NCBI RefSeq assembly: GCF_020745735.1
Contig: NW_026867489.1
Location: 186,001 to 250,000, forward strand
Origin: Hemiscyllium ocellatum
Lineage: Eukaryota
DNA: 64,000 nt
Direction of reading: 5' to 3'
Shown: piece after piece, positions 8,968-21,341 of the stretch
Layout: each line of letters starts with the position of its first letter
Numbering within the stretch: position 1 is the stretch's first letter
Position numbers and translations under genes: made by a program
Notes under the pieces: model-generated
The model's database searches: none
Told to the model about the DNA's origin: nothing
Seen by the model: only the letters and a program-made list of their open reading frames with translations

Positions 8968-11793
8968 CTAGATTAAGCACCCATCCATGTACCTATCCAA
9001 ATGCCGCTTAAAGGTCGCCAATGATTCTGACTCTACCACTCCCACGGGCAGCGCATTCCATGCCCCCACCACTCTCTGGGTAAAAAACCCACCCCTGACA
9101 TCTCCCCTATACCTTCCACCCTTCACCTTAAATTTATGTCCCTTTGTAACACACTGTTGTACCCAGGGAAAAAGTTTCTGACTGTCTACTCTATCTATTC
9201 CTCTGATCATCTTATAAACTTCATCCTTCGCCGCTCCAACGAGAAAAGGCCAAGAACTCTCAACCTATCCTCGTACGACCTATTCTCCATTCCAGGCAAC
9301 ATCCTGGTAAATCTTCTCTGCACCCTCTACAAAGCTTCCACATCTTTCCTAAAGTGAGGCGACCAGAACTGCACACAGTACTCCAAATGTGGCCTAACCA
9401 AAGATCTGTACAGCTGCAACATCACTTCACGACTCTTGAATTCAATCCCTCTGCTAATGAACGCTAATACACCATCGGCCTTCTTACAAACTCTATCCAC
9501 CTGAGTGGCAACTTTCAAAGATCTATGTACATAGACCCCAAGATCCCTCTGTTCCTCCACCTGACTAAGAACTCTACCGTTAACCCTGTATTCCGCTTTC
9601 TTATTTGTTCTTCCAAAATGGACAACCTCACACTTGGCAGGGTTGAACTCCATCTGCCACTCCTCAGTCCAGCTCTGCATCATGTCTAAGTCCCTTTGCT
9701 GCCGACAACAGCCCTCCTCACTGTCCACAACTCCACCAATCTTCGTATCATCTGCAAATTTACTGACCCACCCTTCGACTCCCTCATCCAAGTCATTAAT
9801 AAAAATTACAAACAGCAGAGGACCCAGAACTGATCCCTGCGGAACTCCACTTGTAACGGGGCTCCAGGCTGAATATTTACCATCTACCACCACTCTCTGA
9901 CTTCGACCGGTAGCCAGTTTTCTATCCAATTGGCCAAATGTCCCTCTATCCCATGCCTCCTGACTTTCTGCATAAGCCTACCATGGGGAACCTTATCAAA
10001 TGCCTTACTAAAATCCATGTACACTACATCCACTGCTCTACCCTCATCCACTTACTTGGTCACCTCCTTGAAGAATTCAATAAGACTTGTAAGGCAAGAC
10101 CTACCCTTCACAAATCCGTGCTGGCTGTTCCTAATCAAGCAGTGTCTTTCCAGATACTCATAAATCCTATCCCTCAGTACCCTTTCCATTACTTTGCCTA
10201 CCACAGAAGTAAGACTAACTGGCCTGTAATTCCCGGGGTTACCCCATTCCCTTTTTTGAACACGGGCACAACATTCGCTACTCTCCAGTCCCCTGGTAAC
10301 ACCCCCGTTGACAGTGAAGACGAAAAGATTATTGCCAACGGTACTGCAATTTCCTTTTTTGCTTTCCACATTATCCTAGCATATATCCCGTCAGGCCCGG
10401 GGGACTTGTCTATCCTCAAGTTGTTCAAAATGTCCAACACATCTTCCTTCCTAACAAGTATCTCTTCTGGCTTACCAGTCCGTTTCACACTCTCCTCTTC
10501 AACAATACGGTCCATCTCGTTCGTAAATACTGAAGAAAAGTACTTGTTCAAGACCTCTCCTATCTCTTCCGACTCAATACACAATCTCCCACTACTGTCC
10601 TTGATCGGACCTATCCTCGTTCTCGTCATTCTCAGGTTTCTCACATACGCATAAAATGCCTTGGGGTTATCCTTGATTCAATCCGCCAAGGATTTTTCAT
10701 GCCCTCTCTTAGCTCTCCTAATCCCTTTCTTCAGGTCCCTTCTGGCTACCCTGTAACCCTCCACTGCTCTGTCTGAACCCTGTTTCCTCAACATTATGTA
10801 AGCCTCCTTCTTCCTCTTTTCTAGACATTCAACCTCCCTCGTCAACCAAGGCTCCCTCACACGACCATTTCTTTCCTGCCTGATAGGTACATATATATCA
10901 AGGACACGTCGTATCTGCTCCTTGAAAAAGTTCCACATTTCCACCACATCCTTCCCTGACAGCCTATGCTCCCAACTTATGCTCCTCAAATCGTGTCTTA
11001 CTGCATCGTAATTTCCCTTCCCCCAATTGTAAAATCTACCTTGTTGTGCGCACCTATCTCTCTCCATAACCAAGGTGAAAGTCACAGAATTGGGGTCACC
11101 ATCACCAAAATGTTCACCCACTAACAAGCCCATCACTTGTCCCGGTTCATTACCGAGTACCAAATCCAATATAGCCTCCCCTCTGGTTGGACAATCTACA
11201 TACTGAATTAGAAAAGCTTCCTGGCACACTGCACGAACACCGCCCCATCCAATCTACTTGATCTAAAGAGCTTCCAATCAATATTTGGGAAGTTGAAGTC
11301 GGTCATGACTACGATCTGTGGCTTCTGCACCATTTCCAAAATCTGTTTTCCAATCTGTTTCTCCACATCTCTGCTGCTCTTGGGGGGCCTATAGTAAACA
11401 CCCAACAAGGTGACTGCACCTTTCCTATTTCTGACTTCAGCCCATACTACCTCCAAAGGCAGATCCCCCTCAAACTTCCTTTATGCCGCCGTTATACCAT
11501 TTCTAGTTAGCAATGCCACCCCCTCCTTTTTTACCACCCTCTCTAATCTTACTGAAACATCTGTAACCAGAAACCTCCAACAACCATTCCTGTCCCTCAT
11601 CTATCCACGTTTCCGTGATGGCCACAACATCGTAGCCCCAGGTACCGATCCACGCCTTAAGTTCACCCACCTTATTTGTGATACTCCTTGCGTTGAAGTA
11701 TACGCACTTGAGCCCATCTCTGTGTCCGCAAGTATTCCCTGTCTGTGCTACCTTCTCCACAGCCTCCCTACATTCTTCGACATTCTGACACAC
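8968..11793 (-). pseudogene. CR1 ORF2 (APE endonuclease plus reverse transcriptase), multiply frameshifted
   Basis: Fragments: CVYFNARS..AITETW (APE), GNYRPVSLTS, GVPQGSVLGP, KFADDTK, LVRPHLEYC. Confidence 0.92.
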
Positions 11794-11908
11794 AGCTAGC
11801 TTACTTGCTGGACTACAAGTCCAGATCCCATCACCCTGCCAAATTAGTTTAAACCCCCCCGAAGAGTGCTAGCAAACCTACACCCCAGGATATTGGTGCC
11901 CTTCTGGT

Positions 11909-12802
11909 TCAGGTGCAAGCCGTCCTATTTGTACAGGTCGCACCTTCCCCAGAATGCAGTCCAATTGTCCAAATACCTGAAGCCTCCCTCCTACACCATC
12001 CTTGCAGCCACGTGTTCAACTGCACTCTCTCCCTATTCCTTGCCTCACTGTCACGTGGCACCGGCAACAACCCAGAGATGACATCTCTGTCTGTCCTAGC
12101 TTTTAGCTTCCAGCCTAACTCCCTGAGCTCTTGAATAACCTCCTCACCCCTCCTCCTACCTATGTCGTTGGTGCCAATGTGTACCACGACTTCTGGCTGC
12201 ACACCTTCCCTGTTAAGGATTCTGAAGACACGGTCCGAGACGTCTCGGACCCTGGCACCCGGGAGGCAACAAACCATTCGAGAGTCTCGCCGATGTCCAC
12301 AGAACCGCCTGTCCGTCCCTCTAACTAGAGAATCTCCTATAACGAGCGCTATCCTCCTCTCCGCCTTTCCCTTCTGAGTCTCAGAGCCAGACCTCACGCC
12401 ACAAACCCCTTCACTGCAGCTTACACTTGCAAGGCTGTCCCCCTCAACAGTTTCCAAAGCTGTATACTTATTGTTTAGGGGAAAGACCACAGGGGAACCC
12501 TGCACTGCCTGCTTCTTCCCCTTCCCACCTCTAACTGTTACCCAGCTACCTCTGTTCTCTGGCGTAACTATGTCCCTGTAGCCTCTTTCAATCACCCTCG
12601 CAGCCTCACGAATAATCCTCAATTCATCCAACTCCTGTTCCAGTTCCCTAACTCGTTCGGTGAGGAGCAGGACCTGACTGCATTTCCTGCAGACGAAATT
12701 GGCAGGAGTATCGATGGTCACCCCTACCTCAAACATCCTGCAGGAGGAACATTCCACCGCCTGTGCTGCCATGACTGTACACTGTCTCCAAAACACACCC
12801 AC
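11909..12802 (-). CDS. CR1 ORF1 protein (N-terminal Cys zinc-finger-like motif, coiled coil, SGNH/GDSL esterase domain); C-terminus frameshifted
   Basis: CSSC...CRKC; LVIGDSLVRG, CCLPGAR and VVVHIGTND esterase blocks, as known for CR1 ORF1p. Confidence 0.88.
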   Translation of the reverse strand: MGVFWRQCTVMAAQAVECSSCRMFEVGVTIDTPANFVCRKCSQVLLLTERVRELEQELDELRIIREAARVIERGYRDIVTPENRGSWVTVRGGKGKKQAVQGSPVVFPLNNKYTALETVEGDSLASVSCSEGVCGVRSGSETQKGKAERRIALVIGDSLVRGTDRRFCGHRRDSRMVCCLPGARVRDVSDRVFRILNREGVQPEVVVHIGTNDIGRRRGEEVIQELRELGWKLKARTDRDVISGLLPVPRDSEARNRERVQLNTWLQGWCRREASGIWTIGLHSGEGATCTNRTACT

Positions 12803-15662
12803 TCAAATACTAATTACTTACCTTCCCAACCAGCTCTGCGCTCCAACCTCACTTCCGCTGCTCCCACTCAAATGACCGTTGGTGTTAAAGGGTGAATATT
12901 TATACTCACTGTTCTCCTTCCCGGCTGCCCCTCTGCTTGCCGTCACTTCCTCTGCTGCTCCCGCTCTTTCTGTGAAGAGAGAGAAGAAAAAAACACCGCT
13001 GCCCGCTACTGGTAAGTAATTTTAAAACAAATTGTCTTACCTTAGCTGTAGTCTCCCAGGTTCGCTTTTACTCGGCCGCTGCTCCCACTCAAAAAAAATA
13101 CAAAAAAAACCCAACTCCTATTATGTGAGATAATAACACTGCACAAACAGTGGAGTTCGGTATTAGTTGGTTTGATGGTGTAAGTTGGTATTGTTGTGGT
13201 GACTATAGATATGTCTGTTCTGGCATTCAATAAAAGCATGTCTGATCTGCATCAAGTAGAATCGCCAGACCACATCGTGCATCCTGCCAAATCACATATG
13301 CAGACATTCTGGTGAATTGACGAAGATTGAACTCAATGTTTCTGACGAAGAAACATTTGATGCTTAAGTATTCATTGTACACTTGGGAAATGCATCAGCC
13401 AATGGATAACCTCATGCATTGAGTTCAATGCATGCAGTAATGTATCTTTTGCGAGAACAGGAAACCTCAGTACGTATATCAAACGATCGTTTCTCGTTAT
13501 GATTTAGATTTAAATTTTCAGTTGAATGTTTTATCGTTATATTGACATAACCGCGGTTTTGCTTACCGCAGTTGAACATTAACGAGATTGACAAGTTCTC
13601 TAAGTTCAGGGATTTTTCCATTTATTTAATTTTAGCTGGGAACATAGAGAAGCAGCTATAGTGGAAAGAGAATCCATGCTTCAGTCAATGATCTCTGGCT
13701 GATCCTCTCTGCAAACTCTGTTGTGTACGAAACTGTGCTTGAATTGACTTTTTTTTCCAAGTGGTGTGTTTGTGGGGTTATTCCAGAAATTGTAACAGAG
13801 TCATTAAGTTCCCACAGAGTCGGTTGGTTTCTCAGATAACTTAAGTCATTGTATATTCCATTCTATTTTGTTCTGGTTTCAAACTGTAGTCTGTCCATAA
13901 ATTCTGTTTTGGTTAAAACTGAGTGGTTTGACCAGATGTGTCGGACATGGAGTGTTCACGTTGATTTGTTTGGTCCAGAACACATTTTAGCGCAAAAAAG
14001 CATGAACAAAGTCAAACAGAAATAAAGGCGGCAGCAAAAAGGAAAGGGAACGACCAGGTCTTCTCGCCCCTTCCTCCAAGAGACCGCACAGCCTGGAATT
14101 CAAAAACACAGATTCATCCATTCATCTACGAACAGACTCGAGTGCATGATCGCCGCACGATGCAGCGAGAATTTTACCATCACCACCGTCAAGTACCAGG
14201 CCCAGGCTTGACTTAGAGCCATGCCACTTCTGCTGCCATTGGAACTGTTTCCCTGTTGTTTCGCATATTTGTGTCAGCATTATTCCCCTGCTTTGTTTTT
14301 ACAAGTTCTTTCACAGTCAGTTGTGTCTCAGTAAGATAACTGTTTGTCCATTCATGACAGAAAAGTGCATTGCATTCTGCTGCTGATTATGATAGATCGA
14401 TTTCTGAGTTAAAGGGTTTGAAGGGAGCAGCACATAACTTTGATAAAGTAAATGTGTTTCACAGTGTTTTCTTGGTTTTGATCCAAGGTGATATTTTCTT
14501 CAGATATTGCAGGATACTCTCAATATTTTCTGTATTTGTATCGTGCTTTAGTTATTACAAAATATGTAGATACTCATTTATTGTGAGAAGCTGTATACAA
14601 AACATATGTGGCAGTATTCCACACAATGACTTGAAGTATTTATTAACAACCTTCATCATGTGTTCAAAGATGATGCTTTAGCAAAATCCCGTGACGACCT
14701 GGCTTCTTAGCGAGGTTCTTATTCATAGAAGCTGATTTCACTTCCGTCTGAATATTCCAAATTAAAATTGCAAAAAAAATCCTCATTATCCACACCTCAG
14801 CTTTAATGCGCATTCTAATGAATATCACTGAATTAATAGCTGCGTGTTAATAGAGTATATCTTTGTTTTTATTAGCTCCTAGAAAGTATTAAACTGTCGT
14901 GCATTTCCCTCGTGGGTCCAAATGGTGGTCCATCATTAAAAATAAACAAAAGCCAGTTTGGATTGGAGCCAACTGGAGGGAACTTGCGTCAGACCACATG
15001 GGCACTTGATTTGATTTTTGGCAGACAAACTACACTGACCTGAAATTGCACTTAAATGTTGTGCCAGTTTTGGTGCAACTTATCAATGCATTAAACCAGA
15101 TTTATGCAAAAGTATGATTGTCCTGAATCAAATATATTTGTACTGACTGTTATAATAGCGCAGACGTGGTGATTTATTAGTTAAGACTTGAGTTCATGCA
15201 TCTCGAATGCAACTAATTTGAGGGATTTATCTATAATTATGTTGCGACCAATTGCGATACTGGTTTTAAAAATCATTTTGACCTTGGCGAATGATCAAAC
15301 AGAAAAAAAAATCTCCTATGTGAGAAAATGGTAATGTCCTTCAAGAAAATTTATTTTTGTCAGACTGGTCAGTAATGCAGATGTCCAATTTTACCCAAAA
15401 TCCAAGTAACTGTCTTTATTTTCTGTGATGGATTGCAACTTGGACACTTATAGGAGTAGTGAATTAGACCATAGAAAACAATCGATTCGATTTTAACAGA
15501 AGCTTCAGTCAAACAGCAGCTGCGCTGACCTGTCTTGTTTCAGTAATTGGTAATTAACATAAATGATGTAATATCTGATTTTGTCCCTGCAGAATTACCA
15601 CCCTCTACAATAATGATCGTTTTTGCGGTGAAGTGCATAATGTACTGGAGTTTTCATTAGAA

Positions 15663-18600
15663 ATGCACGGAATACCAGAAGGTCTGGTGTTTGCCATCTA
15701 CTACCCCATCATTGCAATAATTGGAGTGCCAGGTGACGTATTGAACTTCAGCTGTAACTTCATGTTTCATAATTCAACTGCGTCAGTTCTTCATTTTGCT
15801 GCTAACAAATCTCCATGATAGATATTGTTCCTGCTTTTAACTCGTGACGTCTATCACTTCAATGTTACAAATTATTCAGTTTATTTGATAAAATTTCTGT
15901 ATTTTAATACAGTCATTATCCCCATTAACCGTTTTACCTCATCACGTAACCTTATAATTTGTGTGATTGGCTGACGTTATTTCGTTCCATCTGAATATTT
16001 TATTCCCTCTCATTCAACATTGTATTCTAGGACTTAGACCACGGAGTTTCTTTGAAAGACCTGCTTAATTTATCTCTTCATGTTTGTATGCCTTAATAGG
16101 CCAAGTTCCACTTCATCACGTGAATACTTCCCGATTTATCATTATCATCGCAAGATGCAAACATCGTTTTTTTTTCATTCACTGTCTCTGGGAGGGATGA
16201 ATTGTATCATTATCTCGGTTGAATGTAGTTATGCTGTATTATTAGCAACGCTTTATACTTCCAATTGCCACAAAATTACTGCAATGTAAACTTGTTGGAT
16301 TTTAGCTTAAAATAGGCTTGTTAATGGCGCAGAAATATAAGACATTCTGTTGCATTTTTAGCAGAGGGAATTGGTTCTAAATATCCAGGATTTATTCTTT
16401 TTTTTCCAGGTTTCAGTATCGTCATAAATTGCGAAATTAAGGCCCTTATTCAGGAAGTGGAGGGGTGGGTATTGGATGTTTCAGAAAACAGGAAACTACC
16501 GGCCAGTTCGTTTAACATCTCTCAAACTGTTTACGTTCAAATTCATTGCAAAATTCATTGCAACAGGACCATTTAGATAAAAGTAACCAGGCATTATAAA
16601 TGTACTTTATCAAAACAAATCCACATTAAACTTTATTGGACTTTTTCAAAAATTCGTAACATAACGTGTGGAACATTTGGAAAACGCAGATTTCCAAAAT
16701 GTATTTGGCAATGTATCATATCAATGATTAATGTGAAGAATAATTGACACAGTGCAAGAATTGTTGCATTTGCGTAGATAGATAAACTTGCTAACAGGAA
16801 ACCAAGAGTTGACCAAATGGTATTTTATTTGTAGAATGCAACTGTGACATAACCCAAATGTTAGTGCTGATTGTCTGAACTTTTAGAATGTTTATGAATA
16901 CCATGGATAAAGGTGAGAATATATTATTATCAATCATGATACGCCTCAGATATAGATTTTAACATATGTTTCAAGAGTACGTAAGCTGGTTCTTAAAAAA
17001 AGTTAAGTAAGCAGAGAAAACTGCAAGAGTGTAATGTGAGATAAATGTGAAATTGTGCACGTTGGACGAAACAGTATAAGCCAAGCAAAATGTCCTAATG
17101 ATAAGCATTTGCAGAAGTTATTTTACTTGTAGAGTCAAAGAGTCATAGAGACATGTAGCACGGAAACAGATCCTTGAGTCCAACTCCTCCATGTCCAACA
17201 TATATCCCAACTGAATCTCGTTCCACTTGCCAGCACCTGCCTATATCGCTCTAAACCTTTCCTATGCATATATCCATCTAGATGTCTTTTAAACATAGCA
17301 ATTGTACAGGCCTTTACCACTTCTGCTGGCAGCTCAATCCATACCTATATCACACTCTGCGTGAAAAAGTTGCGCGTTAGGTCTCTTCTTTATCTTTCCC
17401 CTCTAACCCTAAACCTATGCCGTCTTGTTAGGAAACCCCAACCCCAGGGAAAAGTCTTTGTCTATTTATCCTATCCATGCCCCTCACGGTTTTATAAACC
17501 TGCAAAAGGTTGTCCGTCAGCCTCCGATTATCCAGGGAGAACAGTCCTAGCCTATTCAACTTCTTCCTATGGCTCAAATCCTCCAACTCTGGCAACATCC
17601 TTGGAAATCTTTCTGAACACTTTCAAGTTTCGCAACATCTTTCCAATAAGAAGAACTGAACTGCACGCAATGTACCATCAGTAGCCTAACCAATGGAGGG
17701 AATGCCGCAACAAGACTTCCCAACTCCTACACTCCTGACCAATAAAAGAAAGCATATCATACGCCTTCTTCACTATCCTATCTACCTGGGACTCACTTTC
17801 AAGGAGTTATAAACTTGCACTCCAAGGTATATCTTTTCAGCAAACTTACTAGAACCTTACTATTAAATGTTGAAGTCCTGATAAGATTTGCTTTCCCAAA
17901 AAGCAGCACTTCACATTTACCTAAATAAAACTCCATGTGCCACTTCTCAGACCATTGGCCCATCTGAACAAGATACCGTTATAATCTGAAGAAACTCTTT
18001 TTGCCGTCCACTGCACCTTCAATGTTGGTGTGATCTGGAATCTTCCTAACTATACCTGCCATTTTCACACTCAAATCATTTCTGTTAATAAAGAAAGGTA
18101 GTGGACCCATTACTGATCCTTGTGGCACTCCACTGGTCATAGGCCTCCAGTGTGAAAAACAATCCACCACCACCATCTGTCTTCTATCTTTGAGCAAGTA
18201 CTGGAACTAAATCGGTAGTTCTACGTTGTATTCGATGAGATCTAATCTTGCTGACCAATCTCCCATGGGGAAACGTGACGAACGTTTTACCGAAGTCCAC
18301 ATAGTTCACAGCTACCGCTCTGTCCTCATCAACACTCTTCGGTCTTTCTTCAAAAAAAGCTCAATCAAGTTTATGAGTCATGCGTTTCCACGTACAACGC
18401 AATGTTAACTAGCGCAGATAAGTCCTGGCCTTTACAAATACATGTACATTATGGGCATCAGGATTCCCTCCACTAAATTGCCCAGCAACGATGTCAAGCT
18501 CACTGGTCCATTGTTCCTTGGTTTGTCCTTAACACCTTTATTAAACAGTGGTACCACGTTAGCCAATCTCAAATCTTCTGGCACCTCATCTGTCACTATT

Positions 18601-21341
18601 GATGATACAAATATCTCAGTAAGAGGTCCATCAATCACTTCCTTAACTTCACACCGTGTTCTAGGGAACACCTGATAATGTCCTGGAGATTTATCCACTT
18701 TTATGCGTTTAAGACAGCCAGCATTTCCATCTTTGTAAGATGGACATTTTTTAATACGTCACCATCTATTTCACTACATTCTATATATTCCATGTCTTTT
18801 CCCACATTAAATACAGGTGCATAATACTCGTTTAGTGTCTCCCGTATCTCCTGCGGCTCCACGCTATTGCCACCTTCCTCATTTTTGAGGAACACTATTC
18901 TCTCCCTCGTTACTCTTTTGTCCTTAATGTATCTGTAAAAACCCTTTGGATTCTCCTTAACTGTATTTGCAAAAGCTATCTCATGTCCCCTTTTTGCTCT
19001 CCTGATTTCTGTCCTAAATATACTCCTACTGTCTTTATCCTCTAAGAATTCGCTCGATCTGTCGTGCCTGTACATGACATACGCTTCCTTCCTTTTTCTT
19101 AACCAACCCTTAACTTCTTTAGTCACCCACCATTCCCTATACCTAACAGCCTTTTCTTTCACCTCAGCGGAATATACCTTTTCTGGACTCTCGTTATCTC
19201 AATTCTGAAGGCTTTTCATTTTTCAGCCGTCCCTTTATCAGTGAACATCTGCCCCGGGTTAGCTTTTGAAAGTTCTTGCCTCATACCGCAAAATTGGCCT
19301 TTCCCCAATGTCGCAAATCAACTTTTAGATCCGGTCTGTCTTTTTCCAAATTTAAAACTAATAGAATTATAGTCTCTCGCCCACAGTCCTCCACCACTGA
19401 CGCATCCGTCACCTGCCTTGCCATATTTCCCAAGAGTAGGTCAAGATTTGCACCTTCTCTAGTAGGTATATTGATATACTGAATCAGAAAATTTTCTTGA
19501 ACACAATTTACACATTCATCTCAGTCTAAACTCTGAACACTATGTTAGTTCCACTCAATGTTAAGAAAGTTATAAACAACTATCATAACCTATCAACACC
19601 TATTATTCTTACAAATGGAACACTGAATGCAAATGTGCAGACGCATCAAGTTACTGGGAACGTAGATTCAAATCACTGTTAATTTCAAGACAAATTGAAT
19701 TCTAGTATCGTGTTGGTATTTTTTGAGTTTCAGGGCCATAATGAGACCACAGCTGACGTCCTGCACACCTAAGTGAGTTTTTTATTTGGAAAAGATTTGG
19801 AAGCATTTCATATAAGGAAACATTTAGCAGACTCATTCTTGGCTTGGCAAGACTGCACACAAAATGTCCTTGTGATTATCAGCTGGAGAACTGTGTTACA
19901 TTCCCAAAGTCAGAGAAATACAAGTTGGCGCCTGGTCGACATATGTTTCAGCATATGTCTTAACAAAGCAATTGCTGACATGCATAACAGTGAGTGTTTT
20001 TACCGAATATGGTTCGAAGAAACAGTATATAATATGAACGAAGCGTAACCTGTGTCCCTGCCAGCTTCAACATAATCGTTTTACTATTTTCCCACTGTAA
20101 CATTTTCTGCTATATTTTGCTGTTATCGTTCTCTAGTACATCTAAGTGATCAAGTGAATGTTGGCTGAATGATCAACCTGGCCAGGAAATGTCAGTGTAG
20201 ACATGATTCTCTGTTAAAAATCCAACAGAATTTTATTGCCATCCGACGTCATTAACAAAGACATGTTTCAGCTGGATTTGTATTTTAATTATAGTTACGT
20301 TTGCATTTCGAGCAAGCTGTAAAGGCCATTGAGTTATATGATTCAAGAGCATTCAATAAAGTGGTTAATTTTACTGGAAACTGAAAAATAAATTATCCAT
20401 TCGTCCATTTTATGAAACACAGATAGTCTCTTTCTGTTTCAGCGAATTTGGCTGTGATTGCGATCTTGCCTCGAAGGCAATGTGGTTTGGCTGGGTGTAT
20501 GATACTTTACCTGGTGTCCATTGCCGTGGCAGACCTCCTGGTCCTGGTAACCTGTGTAATATTAAACCGTATACCTGGGATTTACATTCGATACAGTTTT
20601 CTGTCCATTACTCCAATTTGCAGTCTTAGATCTGTCTTAAATGCCACAACTGTAGACTGTTCTGCTTGGCTTACTGCCGCTTGAACGTTTGATCGATTTG
20701 TGGTGATTTCTTGTCAGAAGCTGAAAATAAAATATTGCACCAGAATGGCCGCAGCATGGGTCATAGGGATCGTGTCTACGCTGTGTTGCATAAAAAATGC
20801 ATTTTTGTATTTTATATATGAATCTGTGTATACAATTAACAATGTATCCTGGTTCTGCAACCTAAAATTGATATTTTATGAGTCACCTGTTTGGGCCGCA
20901 TATGATTTATTTCGTAGCATTTTCAACCCTCTTCTCCCATTCGTCCTGATTTTACTGCTCAATGCTTTGACGATTAGATATATTCTTCTGGCCAATGGAG
21001 CCCGAAGGAGACTCAGGGCGGATAGTCACAAAGAGAGTCAGAGAGACCCAGGGATGGAGAAGCGGAAAAAGTCCATCACTTTACTCTTTGCCATTTCAGG
21101 CAGTTTCCTTTTGTTGTATTTGTTATTTTTTACAACGATCCTCTATGTACGAATTGTGAAAGTGACCTATTTTTCAGGTTCACTTTCCAGCACATCGACA
21201 CTTATCCTTGAGGAGAATGGATTTATGCTTTTATTTTTGTGTTCCTGCATCAATCCGTTTATTTATGCTGGAACCCAAAATAAGTTCAGAGACGAATTAA
21301 AGAATGGGCTGAAATATCTGCTGCGACAATTTCTTAAATGA
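15663..21341 (+). pseudogene. Two-exon rhodopsin-class GPCR of the shark-expanded GPR139-like family, with one in-frame TGA
   Basis: Exon 1 15663-15732 (MHGIPEGLVFAIYYPIIAIIGVP-G|GT). Exon 2 20443-21341 after tttctgtttcAG. Joined frame is 969 nt with GVPAN, AVADL, TFDRF and INPFIY motifs; TGA at 20682-20684 (codon 104, in TM3). Confidence 0.93.
17131..19560 (-). mobile_element. Older 5'-truncated, degenerate CR1 LINE in the GPCR intron
   Basis: 3' tail gtcatagag at about 17142; ORF2 remnants SGVPQGSVMGP, ANVVPLFNKG, KENPKGFYRYI. Confidence 0.88.

Larger units (their letters stand above)
8901..13113 (-). mobile_element. Near full-length CR1 LINE (about 4.2 kb) with 5' UTR, ORF1 and ORF2
   Basis: 3' (ttctatg)-type tail at 8901. 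ACTC duplicated at 8897-8900 and 13114-13117. Empty site tgttcttactcctatta in unit B (about 35931-35947). Confidence 0.95.

Noticed and set aside
9938-10654. Long plus-strand ORFs (238 aa; 171 aa at 45267) and many 60-130-aa ORFs in the track
   Set aside because: Antisense or alternative frames of CR1/Penelope coding sequence, or short chance ORFs in AT-rich noncoding DNA.
13412-13621. Minus-strand ORF apparently shared with the paralog at 36233-36499
   Set aside because: The two copies differ by compensating 1-bp indels that change the N-terminal reading, so the frame is not conserved; no recognisable domain.
14160-14220. LGLVLDGGDG on the minus strand, resembling the actin phosphate loop
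   Set aside because: Flanks do not resemble actin, and the paralog in unit B is frameshifted within the motif.
20682-20684. TGA as selenocysteine or programmed readthrough
   Set aside because: The position is normally hydrophobic (F/L) in this GPCR family, the context is not the leaky TGA-C type, and no SECIS-like element was recognised downstream.
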